64,000 bases of DNA from positions 640,155 to 704,154 of the forward strand of contig NZ_CBDBNY010000004.1 of NCBI RefSeq assembly GCF_965208055.1, given 5' to 3'. Positions 1 to 9,520 of this stretch are shown in pieces. Numbering within the stretch: position 1 is the first letter of the stretch; the number at the start of each line of letters is the position of its first letter. Below the pieces are notes generated by a model. The model did not search any database, was not told the DNA's origin, and saw only the letters and a program-made list of their open reading frames with translations. Made by a program: the position numbers and the translations under genes. The stretch comes from Candidatus Palauibacter sp. GTDB taxonomy: Bacteria > Gemmatimonadota > Gemmatimonadetes > Palauibacterales > Palauibacteraceae.

Positions 1-360
1 GGCCTTCTCGGCGACAAGACCGGGGCCACCCGGAAGGACTGCGCCGCCCTGGCCGGCAAGAGCACGCTCAACCGGCTCGAACACGCGCCCCGAGGTGGAG
101 AGCCGGGCCGGTACCACAGGATCAGCCACGACCCGCAGGCGATGCAGGCCCTCCTCACCGAGTTGTTCATCGAGTCACGGACCGGCCCGCCCCCCGCACG
201 CCTGGTCCTCGACATCGACTGCACCGACGACGAGACGCACGGAAGGCAACAGGGCCGCTTCCTCCACGGCTACTACGGCCACTACTGCTTCCTGCCGCTG
301 TACGTCTTCTGCGGACACCACCCGCTCGCCGCCGTCCTCCGGCCCGGCAACAGCGAGTAG
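1..360 (+). mobile_element. IS1380-family transposase gene fragment, 5'-truncated by the window edge and ending prematurely at TAG 358-360
   Basis: Frame 1 from nt 1 translates to GLLGDKTGATRKDCAALAGKSTLNRLEH...LVLDIDCTDDETHGRQQGRFLHGYYGHYCFLPLYVF...LRPGNSE*. This matches the N-terminal DDE region (first Asp motif, HGYYG.YC.LPL) of IS1380-family transposases. The ORF stops right after the RPGN motif, where intact homologues continue. Confidence 0.6.
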
Positions 361-568
361 GGCCGGCGGGGCGTCACTGTGACTTCGGGTCGCGGATTTA
401 TGGCTCTGAGAGCCGGTCGGGAAGCCGTTTTGGAGGCGCCGGGGCGGGATGCGGGATCCTTTCGTCCGGGTGGGTGGAGGGGTGTGGGGCCGGTGCATGG
501 AGCGGGGAGACACTGGTCCCGGCGGAGTCGGAGTCGGCGTTGAGGGAGCGGGAGCACCGGGAACGGCG

Positions 569-2078
569 TCAGCCGAAGCCGGTCCGCTCGATGGTGCGCC
601 AGATGCTGAACAGGCGGTCGGTGGCGGGTTGCCAGCCGATGATCCTGAGCGTGGTGCGCCGTGCCCGGCGGATGACCTGGCAGGGCAGGAGGATCATCTC
701 GCGGACGAAGCGCCGGAACTCCATGGCGGCGTACTTCCGGCGGTCGGTCTTGAGGTGCATCATCATGGCCAGGAAGCTCTTCAGGTTCCACGCCAGGGCC
801 GCCATCACCATGTAGGCCAATTGCTCACCAGGTCGTAGACCGGCACCCGGAGCGCGTTCACCCCGTTCTTGAGTTGCGCGATCACGTTCTCCTGGTCGGC
901 GCGGGCGTTGGCCAGCCGGACGACCTCGGCCGCGCTCAGGTCCCTCCGGGTGGTGACGTAGAAGAAGTGGCGGATCTCGTCGACCAGGGTGAGTTCGCCC
1001 TTCATCCGGCTGATGTTCTTGCGCACGACCACCATCCGGTACGTCCGGCGGCACTTGGCCGGCCGGTAGTCGTACTCGGCCACGTCCTCGAAGTTGAGCC
1101 GCTTGTTCACGTAACCGCGCTCGCGCACGATCCGTCCCTTCTCGTCGGGCCGCTTGCTCCGCGTCTTCCCCGTCCGGGACACGTGGCGCGGCTTGCGCTC
1201 CAGAGGCTTCCACTCCTCCGCCCCCAGCGCCTCGGCCTGCTCGATGATCGCCGGCTGCGCGTCATAGCCGAAGATGAAGTCAGCCCGCTCGCTCCAGCGG
1301 TCGCAGTTGACCGTCAGCGAGAAGTCGGTGTCCCCGCGCACGCACACCCGCTCCGCGTGCGGCGCCACCAGGTCGAGGGCCCGGTCGACCCCTCCGCCGC
1401 CCCCTAGTGGCTCACCGCGTTGCCCGGCCGGTTGACCACGTAGAGCACCTCGGCCGTGTTGGCCAGCGACACGACCAGCGGGTGATAGCCCCACACCTTC
1501 TTGTAGGACATGTCCATGCCCGCCTTCTTGCGGCCCAGCGTGGGTGCCAGCGTCCCGTCCATGTCCACGTACGCCACCGGCCCCGGCAGATCCCGGCCCC
1601 GGCCCCGCCACAGCTTGGGCCTGACCGCGTTGACGCACTCCATGAGCTCGATCACGTCCGACTAGGAGAAGCGTCGCGTGAAGTCGCCCGCCGCCGTCGG
1701 ACTCGGGATCGTCTCCGCGCCCAGCGCGTCCATGTAGGCCGCGTCGTGGCGCAGGCCGTTCAGATCCTCCAGCCGCGCGCCCCCGCGCAGCAGGTTGTAG
1801 GCGATGTTCGGCACATGGTCCGACTCGTGGTACGGCAGGTGCCGCTTCAGAAGCTCCAGGCGCCGGTCGACCTCCCGCGCCAGCCCCAGCCTCGACACCA
1901 GCCGCCGCACGGCGCCGATGCCCCCGAAGCTCTTGGCGCTCGTCCGCGCCCCGATCTCGTAGTGGAGCCCGCCCGCCGAAAACACCGGCTTCGGTCGGGA
2001 GCCCCGCCGCCGCGCCCTCGCCTCCCGCTTCCGCCGGGCACTGTTCATCCTGCTCTTGTGATGCGATATTCCGTTCAC
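569..2078 (-). pseudogene. IS1380-family DDE transposase, disrupted by an in-frame TAG at 1662-1664 and by frameshifts near ~1400 and ~810-840
   Basis: The minus-strand protein is split across three frames. Segment 2078-1665 (MNGISHHKS...FTRRFS), then a TAG, then in-frame 1655-1404 (…VAYVDMDGT…GYHPLVV…NRPGN). A frame change leads to 1400-805 (…RGDTDFS…ADQENVIAQLKNG…), and another frame change to 815-569 (…LAYMVMAALAWNLKSF…). Together these give a ~500-aa IS1380-like transposase with D, D, E and C-terminal AYNL-type motifs. Confidence 0.65.
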
Positions 2079-2322
2079 CGCAAAGGCCTCCTGGTTGGGA
2101 CCGGGCGTCCATCGCTCGAATCCGCTATCGACAATCAGGATAGGCCTTTCCGGTATTCTTTAGCAGAGCCCCGCGCGTGGATCGCGCTTGCCTTAGGTCT
2201 AGCGCCGAGAGCCGGCGCCCGTTCCACGAAGCAACTTGCGCTTCTTCTACACGGCGTCGGTCTCCTGTCCGTCCCGATCTCATGCCTTGCATGTGGCTCT
2301 GGCAACGCCGAACTCCGGGGTG

Positions 2323-3129
2323 CTAACCCACGGTATCCGGGGTGTCCGCCGAACGGCCCTCCCGTGTCTTCCGTCGGTGCGCCGTCGAGGAGCGGCCCAG
2401 CGTCCGCTGCAGGTAGCCCCGGATGTGTTCGAGCGTGTCGTCCGCGGCCCAGATCGACCGGAGTTCCGGCTCCAGATCGATGGCATCACCCGCGGCGGAC
2501 GCGAACTGCCGCTTCGTCAGGCTGTAGGCGGCGGCCGGGATCGAGGCCAGGTCAAGCGCGATCTCCCGCGCCCGCCCGAGCAGTTCGGCCGCCGGCACGA
2601 TCTCGTCCACGAGGCCGCGTTCCGCCGCGCCTTCGGGACCGTAGAGGCGGCCGAGCAGCATGACCTCCCGCTGATGTCGCTGCGGGATGGCGCTTCGCAC
2701 GATGTCGGAGGCGATCGCGGGGAAGGGGACTCCGACCTTCAGTTCCGGCAGCCCGACGCGTCCTCCGCCCGCCGCCATGATGCGGTAGTCGCAGGCGCAG
2801 GCGATGACGCCGCCGCCCGCGACCGCGTGGCCGTTCACGGCCGCGACGAGCGGCTTCGGGAAGGCGCGCAGCATCGAGAACAACGCCCCGAGGCCGTCCA
2901 GTAGCGCCTCGACGTACGCGGGGCCCTCATCGACGACGCGAAAGAGTTCGACACCCGCCGAGAAGGCGGACCCCGTGCCCGTCAGCACGACGGCCCGCAC
3001 CGAGTCGTCCCTCCGGGGACCTTCGAACTCCGTGGCCAGCGCGTCGGAGAACTCGACGGTGAGGACGTTCGCCGGTTCGTGCGCCATTCGGATCTCGGTC
3101 GTGCCGTTCTCATGCCTGCTCTGGATCAT
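2323..3129 (-). CDS. enoyl-CoA hydratase/isomerase (crotonase) family protein
   Basis: 268-aa ORF with crotonase-fold signatures (VRAVVLTGTGSAFSAGVEL…AAVNGHAVAGGGVIACACDYRIMA…GLPELKVGVPFPA). Confidence 0.8.
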   Translation of the reverse strand: MIQSRHENGTTEIRMAHEPANVLTVEFSDALATEFEGPRRDDSVRAVVLTGTGSAFSAGVELFRVVDEGPAYVEALLDGLGALFSMLRAFPKPLVAAVNGHAVAGGGVIACACDYRIMAAGGGRVGLPELKVGVPFPAIASDIVRSAIPQRHQREVMLLGRLYGPEGAAERGLVDEIVPAAELLGRAREIALDLASIPAAAYSLTKRQFASAAGDAIDLEPELRSIWAADDTLEHIRGYLQRTLGRSSTAHRRKTREGRSADTPDTVG

Positions 3130-3451
3130 GTTTTCTCCTCACCGCTCTCGCTTTGGTTCTACTAGCAAATTAGTTGACCGGGCGTCCTCGCCCGCCTAGG
3201 CTCCGCCCCCGGGTTGTGACCGTCGGTCCGCGGGACCGTACAACGGTTCGGGTGCGTCCCGGTGTCAAAGCCGCGATCCCTGATGTTGATAGACGGTTGA
3301 CAGTCTTGCGATAGATTCAGCTTGCCGCGACCACTCGGACCGACGTTCGGTGACGGATACCCGGCGGTCGACGACCTCGGGAGACGCTCGAGGGGACGGC
3401 TTGAACATCGACGGGCGAAGAACGCGCCCCGAACACAGCGGTGCGAAGCTT

Positions 3452-4702
3452 ATGAAGGCACGTCATTGGGTCACGTTGATCGTCATGCTCATCGCGGGTG
3501 CGGCTGTCGTCGGCATCTTCATGCGGCTGAGCGAGGACGAGGAAGAGGGGCCGGAGACCTTCGGCGACCCCGCCGCGGACTCGGTGGCGGAGGCGGTGCG
3601 GGGGACGGCCTCCGCCGCTGCCTTCGCCACGGATATCTTCCTTCCCGTCGAAGGGGCCGTCATCCAGCGCGATACCTTCGTGCTCTGGGTTACGGCGAGC
3701 GGGCGCGCCGCGTCTCTCCGCCGCGCGCCGCTCCATGCCGACGTCCAGGGGCCCGTGACGGCGGTGCCGGTGCAGGAAGGGGAGCATGTGCGCGCAGGAC
3801 AGCTCCTGGCGCGGATCGACCCGACGCTCTACGAACTCCGGGCGCAGCGGGCGGAGGCCGGAGTGGCGCGCGCGCAGGCGGAATATCTGGACCGGGTGCT
3901 TTTCGATGAGGAACTGCCCGACTCGGTCCGGCTGGCTCGTGCCGAGCAGGCTCGCATTCGGGTGAGCCTCCCCGATCAGGAGGCGCAACTCGCGGAAGCG
4001 CGCTACGAACTGGAGAAGACCCGCATCGTCGCTCCCTTCGCCGGCCTGGTCGCGAACCTCGCGGTGGCGCAGGGGAGCCGGGTCCGGGCGAACGACTCGA
4101 TCGCGACCATCGTGGACCTGTCCGAGATCGACATCGACGCCGGAGTCCTCCACTCCGAACTCCCCCTCATTGAAGTGGGACGGGAGGCGACCGCGACCTT
4201 CCCGGCGCTTCGCGGAGAGGTTTTTCAGGGGCGCGTCGTGAGCGTGAACCCGCTGGTCGATCCCGAGACGCAGACGGCGCGGGTCACCGTGCGCCTGTCG
4301 AACCCAGAAACCCGCATCGTCCCGGGCATGCCGGGGAATGTGCGGATCGCCGGCCGTCAACTCGCGGACCGGACGTTCGTGCCGAAAGAAGCCGTCGTCG
4401 AACGGAGCCGGCGCCAGGTCGTGTTCGTCTTCGAGCCGGGGGCGCCGGGTTCGGAGACGGGTCGCGCGCAGTGGGAGTACGTGACGCTGGGCCTCGAGAA
4501 CGACACGCAGTTCGAGATCATCCCCAACCCGGACGGCGACGACACCTTCGTGCCGGCGGGGGGCGAAATCGTGCTCGTCGACGGCCACGCCACGCTCACG
4601 CACGACGCCCAGGTGCGGATTGACAACCACAGCGAACTCGATACCGCTCCGGAGCCGCCCGCCGACAGCGCCGAGAACGGCTCGACGGACGGCTCGCGGT
4701 GA
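3452..4702 (+). CDS. efflux RND transporter periplasmic adaptor (membrane fusion protein, HlyD family)
   Basis: Starts MKARHWVTLIVMLIAGAAVV (N-terminal membrane anchor). Coiled-coil, lipoyl and beta-barrel MFP-like regions follow. It overlaps the downstream OMF gene by 4 nt. The ORF-track start at 3350 is probably too early. Confidence 0.8.
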   Translation: MKARHWVTLIVMLIAGAAVVGIFMRLSEDEEEGPETFGDPAADSVAEAVRGTASAAAFATDIFLPVEGAVIQRDTFVLWVTASGRAASLRRAPLHADVQGPVTAVPVQEGEHVRAGQLLARIDPTLYELRAQRAEAGVARAQAEYLDRVLFDEELPDSVRLARAEQARIRVSLPDQEAQLAEARYELEKTRIVAPFAGLVANLAVAQGSRVRANDSIATIVDLSEIDIDAGVLHSELPLIEVGREATATFPALRGEVFQGRVVSVNPLVDPETQTARVTVRLSNPETRIVPGMPGNVRIAGRQLADRTFVPKEAVVERSRRQVVFVFEPGAPGSETGRAQWEYVTLGLENDTQFEIIPNPDGDDTFVPAGGEIVLVDGHATLTHDAQVRIDNHSELDTAPEPPADSAENGSTDGSR

Positions 4703-6096
4703 GGCGCGGAGCCGGAGGCTGCTCGCCGCAGGTCCGCGGTGTGGTCGCCCTCGTACCCCTGCTGATGGCCGGAGGACTTGGGGTCGCGGTGCCGGCGGAG
4801 GCGCAGGGGCCGACACTGCCGGACACGCTCGATATTACGAGGGCGATCCGGATCGCCATGAGCGAGAGTCCCGTGCTGCGGGTGTCCCGGACGCAAGCGG
4901 ATCGAGCGGGTGCCGATCAGCTGGCGGCGTGGGGGGCGTTCCTCCCGAGGGCTGGCGTTGACGCCAGTCTCAGCCGGTCAAGTTTCTCTCGGACCACGTT
5001 CGTTGGCGAGGAGGGGCTGTCCGAGACGCTCCCGCAGACCCTCAGCTCTTCGAGTCAGGGAGCGAGTCAGGGGATCAACCTCAATTGGACCCTGCTCGAC
5101 GGCGGACGGCGGTTCTCCGAGATCTCGCGGTCTGCCGCAAGCCTGCGGGCCGCACACCGGCGATATGACGACCAACAGCGCACTGTGGTTCTGGCGGTGC
5201 GCCGGGAATTCCTGGAAGCACTGCGGCGCCAGGACCTGCTGGAGCTTACCCGAGATCAGATCACCGACCGGGAACTCGAACTTGATATCGCTCGCCGGCG
5301 ATACGAGATCGCGGCTGTGGAACGCACCGATGTTCTGGCCGCCCAGTCGCAGCTTCTCGATGCCCGAATCAGGCTGCTCTCGGAAGAAAACCAGCTGCGA
5401 AATGGCCTGAGGCAGTTGGTCGTATCGATGGGCCTCCCACCGGAAGCCGGCGATGGTCTCGTACTTGCGGGCGACGACGGGATGCCCCAGGGGGTGCCGA
5501 ATATCGACGTGATCGTGGAGACGGCTGTCACCTCCGATCCCGGATTGCTGGCCCTCGACGCCGAGCGGTCCGCTGCCGCGGCATCGTTGTGGTCCGCGCG
5601 CCTGAACTACCTGCCCACCATCACCCTCGGGCTGGGCTGGGGGCGCGGGGAGAACTTCGGTCCCGAGGATTCGTTCTGGCAGTTCGACCCGGGAGACACG
5701 AGTCACAGATTCAGTATCAGCGCCTCCTGGAATCTCTTCGATGGCTTTCGCCGGGAAGTGCAGAACGCCCAGGCGTCGGCCGCCAAGCGACAGGCCGAGG
5801 AGGATCTGCGGAGCCGGCGGCTGGAAATCGAACGCGATGTCCGTCGCTTCGGATCGGAAATCGAGGAGTGGGCGCAGACGCTGGATCTGCTGCGGCAGCA
5901 ATACGCGATCTCCCGTGAACGCCTCGACATGGAACAGGAGCGCTATCGGCTCGGCACCGCGAGTTTCCTTCAGCTTCAGAGCGCGATCGATGCGGTTCAG
6001 CGTGCCGAGACGTCGCTGATCCAGAACCAGTACAATTACCTGATCGCCTGGGCGAACCTTTCCGAGTACATGGAGGGCAGGCCCGGCAGCCCATGA
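4699..6096 (+). CDS. outer-membrane efflux protein (TolC-like OMF)
   Basis: 465 aa with a signal-peptide-like N-terminus (LVPLLMAGGLGVAVPAEAQ). It has the duplicated OMF repeat architecture and the typical C-terminus …QNQYNYLIAWANL. GTGA overlap with the adaptor gene. Confidence 0.8.
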   Translation: MRRGAGGCSPQVRGVVALVPLLMAGGLGVAVPAEAQGPTLPDTLDITRAIRIAMSESPVLRVSRTQADRAGADQLAAWGAFLPRAGVDASLSRSSFSRTTFVGEEGLSETLPQTLSSSSQGASQGINLNWTLLDGGRRFSEISRSAASLRAAHRRYDDQQRTVVLAVRREFLEALRRQDLLELTRDQITDRELELDIARRRYEIAAVERTDVLAAQSQLLDARIRLLSEENQLRNGLRQLVVSMGLPPEAGDGLVLAGDDGMPQGVPNIDVIVETAVTSDPGLLALDAERSAAAASLWSARLNYLPTITLGLGWGRGENFGPEDSFWQFDPGDTSHRFSISASWNLFDGFRREVQNAQASAAKRQAEEDLRSRRLEIERDVRRFGSEIEEWAQTLDLLRQQYAISRERLDMEQERYRLGTASFLQLQSAIDAVQRAETSLIQNQYNYLIAWANLSEYMEGRPGSP

Positions 6097-6109
6097 CGAA
6101 ACCTCGCTA

Positions 6110-9100
6110 ATGGCGCTTCCCGACGTCTCCCTTCGGCGGCCGGTGGCTACGGCGATGCTCTATGTGGGCATCGGCGTGCTGGGCGTGGTGTCGTTCCTCC
6201 GTCTGCCCATCGATCTGTTGCCGGATGTCGCCTTTCCGACCCTCTCCGTTTGGACGACGTATTCGGACGCGGGACCCGCCGAAGTCGAACGCTTCATCAC
6301 GGAACCCATCGAGCAGCGCTTGTACTCGATCCCGGGGGCGCGCCGCATATCCTCACGGTCGCGGGAGGGACAGTCGCTCGTGCAGCTCCAGTTCGCGTGG
6401 GGCACGGACATGGAGTTCGCGACCCTCCACACCCGCGAGAAGCTGGACAACCTGTCCGACCGGCTCCCGGAGGGCTCGGAGCGGCCCACGATTCTGAGAT
6501 CGGATCCGACCAGCGATCCGATCATGACGCTGGCGGTGAGCGGGACCGACCTGCGCAGCCTGCGCGATATCTCCGAAGTCGTCTTCAAGCGCCGTCTGGA
6601 GCAGTTGGACGGGGTCTCGCTCGCCGGGCTGACGGGCGGACCCGAGCGGGAGCTGCGGGTCATCGTGGACCCGGAGTACCTGGACGTGCACGAGGTCTCG
6701 ATCAACGAGATCTCGAACGCGCTCGACCAGGCGAACTTCAACGCCCCCGGGGGCACGATCCAGCGGGGCCGTTTCGAGTACAGCCTGCGCACGCTGGGCC
6801 AGTTCCGGGAGGTGGGGGAACTGCTCGACGTCGTCATTTCCCGCCCGACGGGGCCCGGAGCCCGTCCGGTGCGGCTGAGCGACGTCGCCACCGTCGCCGA
6901 CACGATCGCGGATCTCGAGACGATCGCCCGCTTCAACGGAGAGCCGGCGGTCGGGCTGCAGGTGTTCAAGGAGGCGGGGACGAACACGGTCCGCGTGGCG
7001 GATGGGGTGCACGAAACGCTGGCTCAGCTGGGCGAGGAGTTCCCCGAGGTATCGATCGAGGTCGCCTCCAGCCAGGCGGCCTTCATCCGGGACGCGATCT
7101 CGAATGTCGTTTCCGCGCTGCTGCTCGGCGGCGCGCTGGCGTTCCTCGTGCTCTTCCTCTTCCTGCGCGATCCGAGGTATCCGCTCGCGATCGGGCTCGC
7201 CATTCCCATTTCGGTCATGGCGGCGTTCGCCCTCTGCTACGCCTTCGATGTCAGTCTCAACATCATGTCCCTCGGCGGTCTCGCGCTCGGGGTCGGCCTG
7301 CTCGTCGACAACTCCATCGTGGTGCTCGAGAACATCTTCCGGCACCGCGAGGAGTCGGGCGGGAGCGCGAGGGAATCGGCCGGGCGGGGCGCCCGGGAAG
7401 TGGCGGCCGCGATCACGGCCTCCACGCTCACCACGATCGCGGTGTTCGGTCCGGTGCTGTACGTGGAGGGCGTGGCGGGCGCGCTGTTCGGCGATCTCTC
7501 GCTCGCGGTGACCTTCTCGCTGCTTGCCTCGCTGCTCGTCGCGCTCACGCTGCTTCCGGTGTTGGCGGCTCAGGTGGCCCGGGGGAAGCGGGGAGAGCCA
7601 GCGGCCGACGTCGAGAGCGAGACTTCCGCGTCAGAGCAGCTCGAGGCTGCGCAGACCGAGCGGCCGGGCCGCGTGCGTCGGGCCGGCCGAGCCGTTCGGG
7701 CAGGCGCCGTCGCGTCCGTGCGAGGCGTCGGGGGCGGGGTCGCCTACGTGGGGCGCTCCGTCCGGCTCACCGGCGTCGATGTCGCGACGGGCGGCGGCAG
7801 GTTTCTGGGCCGGGTCTTCGGTCCCTTCCTGCGGGCCTTCGAACGCGGGTTCGTCCGTTTCGCGGGCCGGTACGAGCGGACGCTCGAATGGGCACTGGAA
7901 CACCGGCTGCGGGTGGTCGCGATCGCCGTCATCGCGCTCGCCGGCGCGGTCGTGCTCGCGGCGTCGCTTCCGCGCGGACTCATGCCGAACGTCGACGAGC
8001 GGCAGTTCTGGGTCGAGCTCAACCTTCCGCAGGGGACGCCGATCCGCACCACGGACGAGGCGGCCCGGAATGTGGAGCGGCTCCTCCTCGACATGCCGGA
8101 TGTCTCGGGCATTTTCACCCGGGTGGGCCGCAGCCGAGGCAGCGAACTCGCGGCGCGCGACCTGACCGGACTCAACAACGCGGCCCTCGATGTGCAGCTC
8201 GCCGGATCGTCCCGGCCGACGCCCGAAGCCATCGCGGAACTCCGCGAGCGGCTCCCGGGAAGCGGACTCGATCCGGCCTTCGTGACGATCGAGACCGGGC
8301 GGGCCACGTCGCTCGGCAGGGCGCTGGCGATCGGGGAGGCCGATCTCGCGGTGAAGGCGCAGAGCGGGGAACTGGATGAACTCGTGCCGGTCGCCGAAGC
8401 GATCGAGACCCGGCTCGAGGGCATCTCGACGCTGGCGGATGTTCGGCTCGACTTCCTGCGCACGCAGCCGGAACTCGTCATCGAGGTCAACCGGGAGGTG
8501 GCGGCCCGGCACCAGATCACCGTGACGTCCGTCGCGACCGCGATCGAGGACTACCTGCGCGGTTCTGAAACGAGGAACGCGTACTCGGTATTCGCCGACA
8601 AGATCGACATCCGGGTGACGATCCCGGAGGCGGCGCGGCGCGAACTCGACCGCGTGCTCGCGCTTCGGCTTCAGGGCGTGCCGATCGGTGAACTCGTGAC
8701 GGTTCGGCAGGGGTTCGGGCCGGTGGAGATCCGGCGGGAGGACCAGAATCGCACGATTCAGGTGCTCGCGGACGTGGCCGACGGCGGACTGCGGACGGCG
8801 GTGCAGGAGGTGGAAGCCGCCATCGCGGATATCCCCCGTCCGGCGCTCACGACCGTACGCGTGGGCGGCGAGAACGAGGAGATGCAGGACAGCTTCCGCT
8901 CGCTCACCTTTGCCTTCGCCCTCGCCCTCGCGCTCGTCTTCCTCATCATGGCTGCGCAGTTCGAGTCGCTCGTGCAGCCGCTCGTCGTCCTCACCGCGGT
9001 ACCGCTGGCCGCCATCGGGGCGGTGACGGCGCTCTGGATCGCCGGGGACGGCGTCAACGCGATGAGCGGGATCGGACTTGTGATCCTCATCGGCATCGTC

Positions 9101-9520
9101 GTCAACGACGCGATCGTGAAGGTCGACTTCATCAATCAGCGGAGAAGATCCGGCCTGACGAAACGGAATGCGATCCTTGAAGCGGGCCGGCTCAGGCTCC
9201 GTCCCATCGTGATGACGACCATCACGACCGTGGTCGGACTCCTCCCGCTCGCCGCCGGGCTGGGAGCCGGGGCCGACCTCCGCGCGCCGCTGGCCATCGC
9301 GGTGATCGGCGGTCTCATCTCCGCGACGTTCCTCACGCTCATCGTCGTGCCCGTGGTATACTCGATCATGGTCGAACCATCCGTGTCGGTGGGACGGGAC
9401 CCGGACCCGCGGCCCGAGCGCCGCGATCCGGCTGCGCCCCAGCCGCAGCCGGCGTACGGCCTCGGCGGCCGCTCGGGACCGGCCGCTCCGGGCATGGCGA
9501 GAGGGAGCGTGGAACCATGA
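6110..9520 (+). CDS. RND efflux permease (AcrB/CzcA superfamily), paralogue 1
   Basis: 1136 aa with the N-terminus MALPDVSLRRPVATAMLYVGIGVLGVVSFLRLPIDLLPDV and 12-TM RND topology. It has an enlarged TM6-TM7 cytoplasmic loop and a Pro-rich C-terminal tail. Confidence 0.9.
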   Translation: MALPDVSLRRPVATAMLYVGIGVLGVVSFLRLPIDLLPDVAFPTLSVWTTYSDAGPAEVERFITEPIEQRLYSIPGARRISSRSREGQSLVQLQFAWGTDMEFATLHTREKLDNLSDRLPEGSERPTILRSDPTSDPIMTLAVSGTDLRSLRDISEVVFKRRLEQLDGVSLAGLTGGPERELRVIVDPEYLDVHEVSINEISNALDQANFNAPGGTIQRGRFEYSLRTLGQFREVGELLDVVISRPTGPGARPVRLSDVATVADTIADLETIARFNGEPAVGLQVFKEAGTNTVRVADGVHETLAQLGEEFPEVSIEVASSQAAFIRDAISNVVSALLLGGALAFLVLFLFLRDPRYPLAIGLAIPISVMAAFALCYAFDVSLNIMSLGGLALGVGLLVDNSIVVLENIFRHREESGGSARESAGRGAREVAAAITASTLTTIAVFGPVLYVEGVAGALFGDLSLAVTFSLLASLLVALTLLPVLAAQVARGKRGEPAADVESETSASEQLEAAQTERPGRVRRAGRAVRAGAVASVRGVGGGVAYVGRSVRLTGVDVATGGGRFLGRVFGPFLRAFERGFVRFAGRYERTLEWALEHRLRVVAIAVIALAGAVVLAASLPRGLMPNVDERQFWVELNLPQGTPIRTTDEAARNVERLLLDMPDVSGIFTRVGRSRGSELAARDLTGLNNAALDVQLAGSSRPTPEAIAELRERLPGSGLDPAFVTIETGRATSLGRALAIGEADLAVKAQSGELDELVPVAEAIETRLEGISTLADVRLDFLRTQPELVIEVNREVAARHQITVTSVATAIEDYLRGSETRNAYSVFADKIDIRVTIPEAARRELDRVLALRLQGVPIGELVTVRQGFGPVEIRREDQNRTIQVLADVADGGLRTAVQEVEAAIADIPRPALTTVRVGGENEEMQDSFRSLTFAFALALALVFLIMAAQFESLVQPLVVLTAVPLAAIGAVTALWIAGDGVNAMSGIGLVILIGIVVNDAIVKVDFINQRRRSGLTKRNAILEAGRLRLRPIVMTTITTVVGLLPLAAGLGAGADLRAPLAIAVIGGLISATFLTLIVVPVVYSIMVEPSVSVGRDPDPRPERRDPAAPQPQPAYGLGGRSGPAAPGMARGSVEP

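Noticed and set aside
1404-1664. Possibility that the transposase uses programmed frameshifting or stop-codon read-through
   Set aside because: IS1380-family elements encode a single-frame transposase. Here there are two independent frame changes plus an amber codon. Decay is the simpler explanation.
2100-2120. tcgaatcc string resembling a tRNA T-loop next to the IS end
   Set aside because: There is no GGTTCGAATCC consensus and no flanking acceptor, D or anticodon stems. The surrounding 240 bp does not fold as a tRNA.
1407-2663. 418-aa plus-strand ORF overlapping the disrupted transposase
   Set aside because: It is antisense to the recognisable IS1380 transposase frames. The product is a Pro/Arg/Gly-rich low-complexity sequence.
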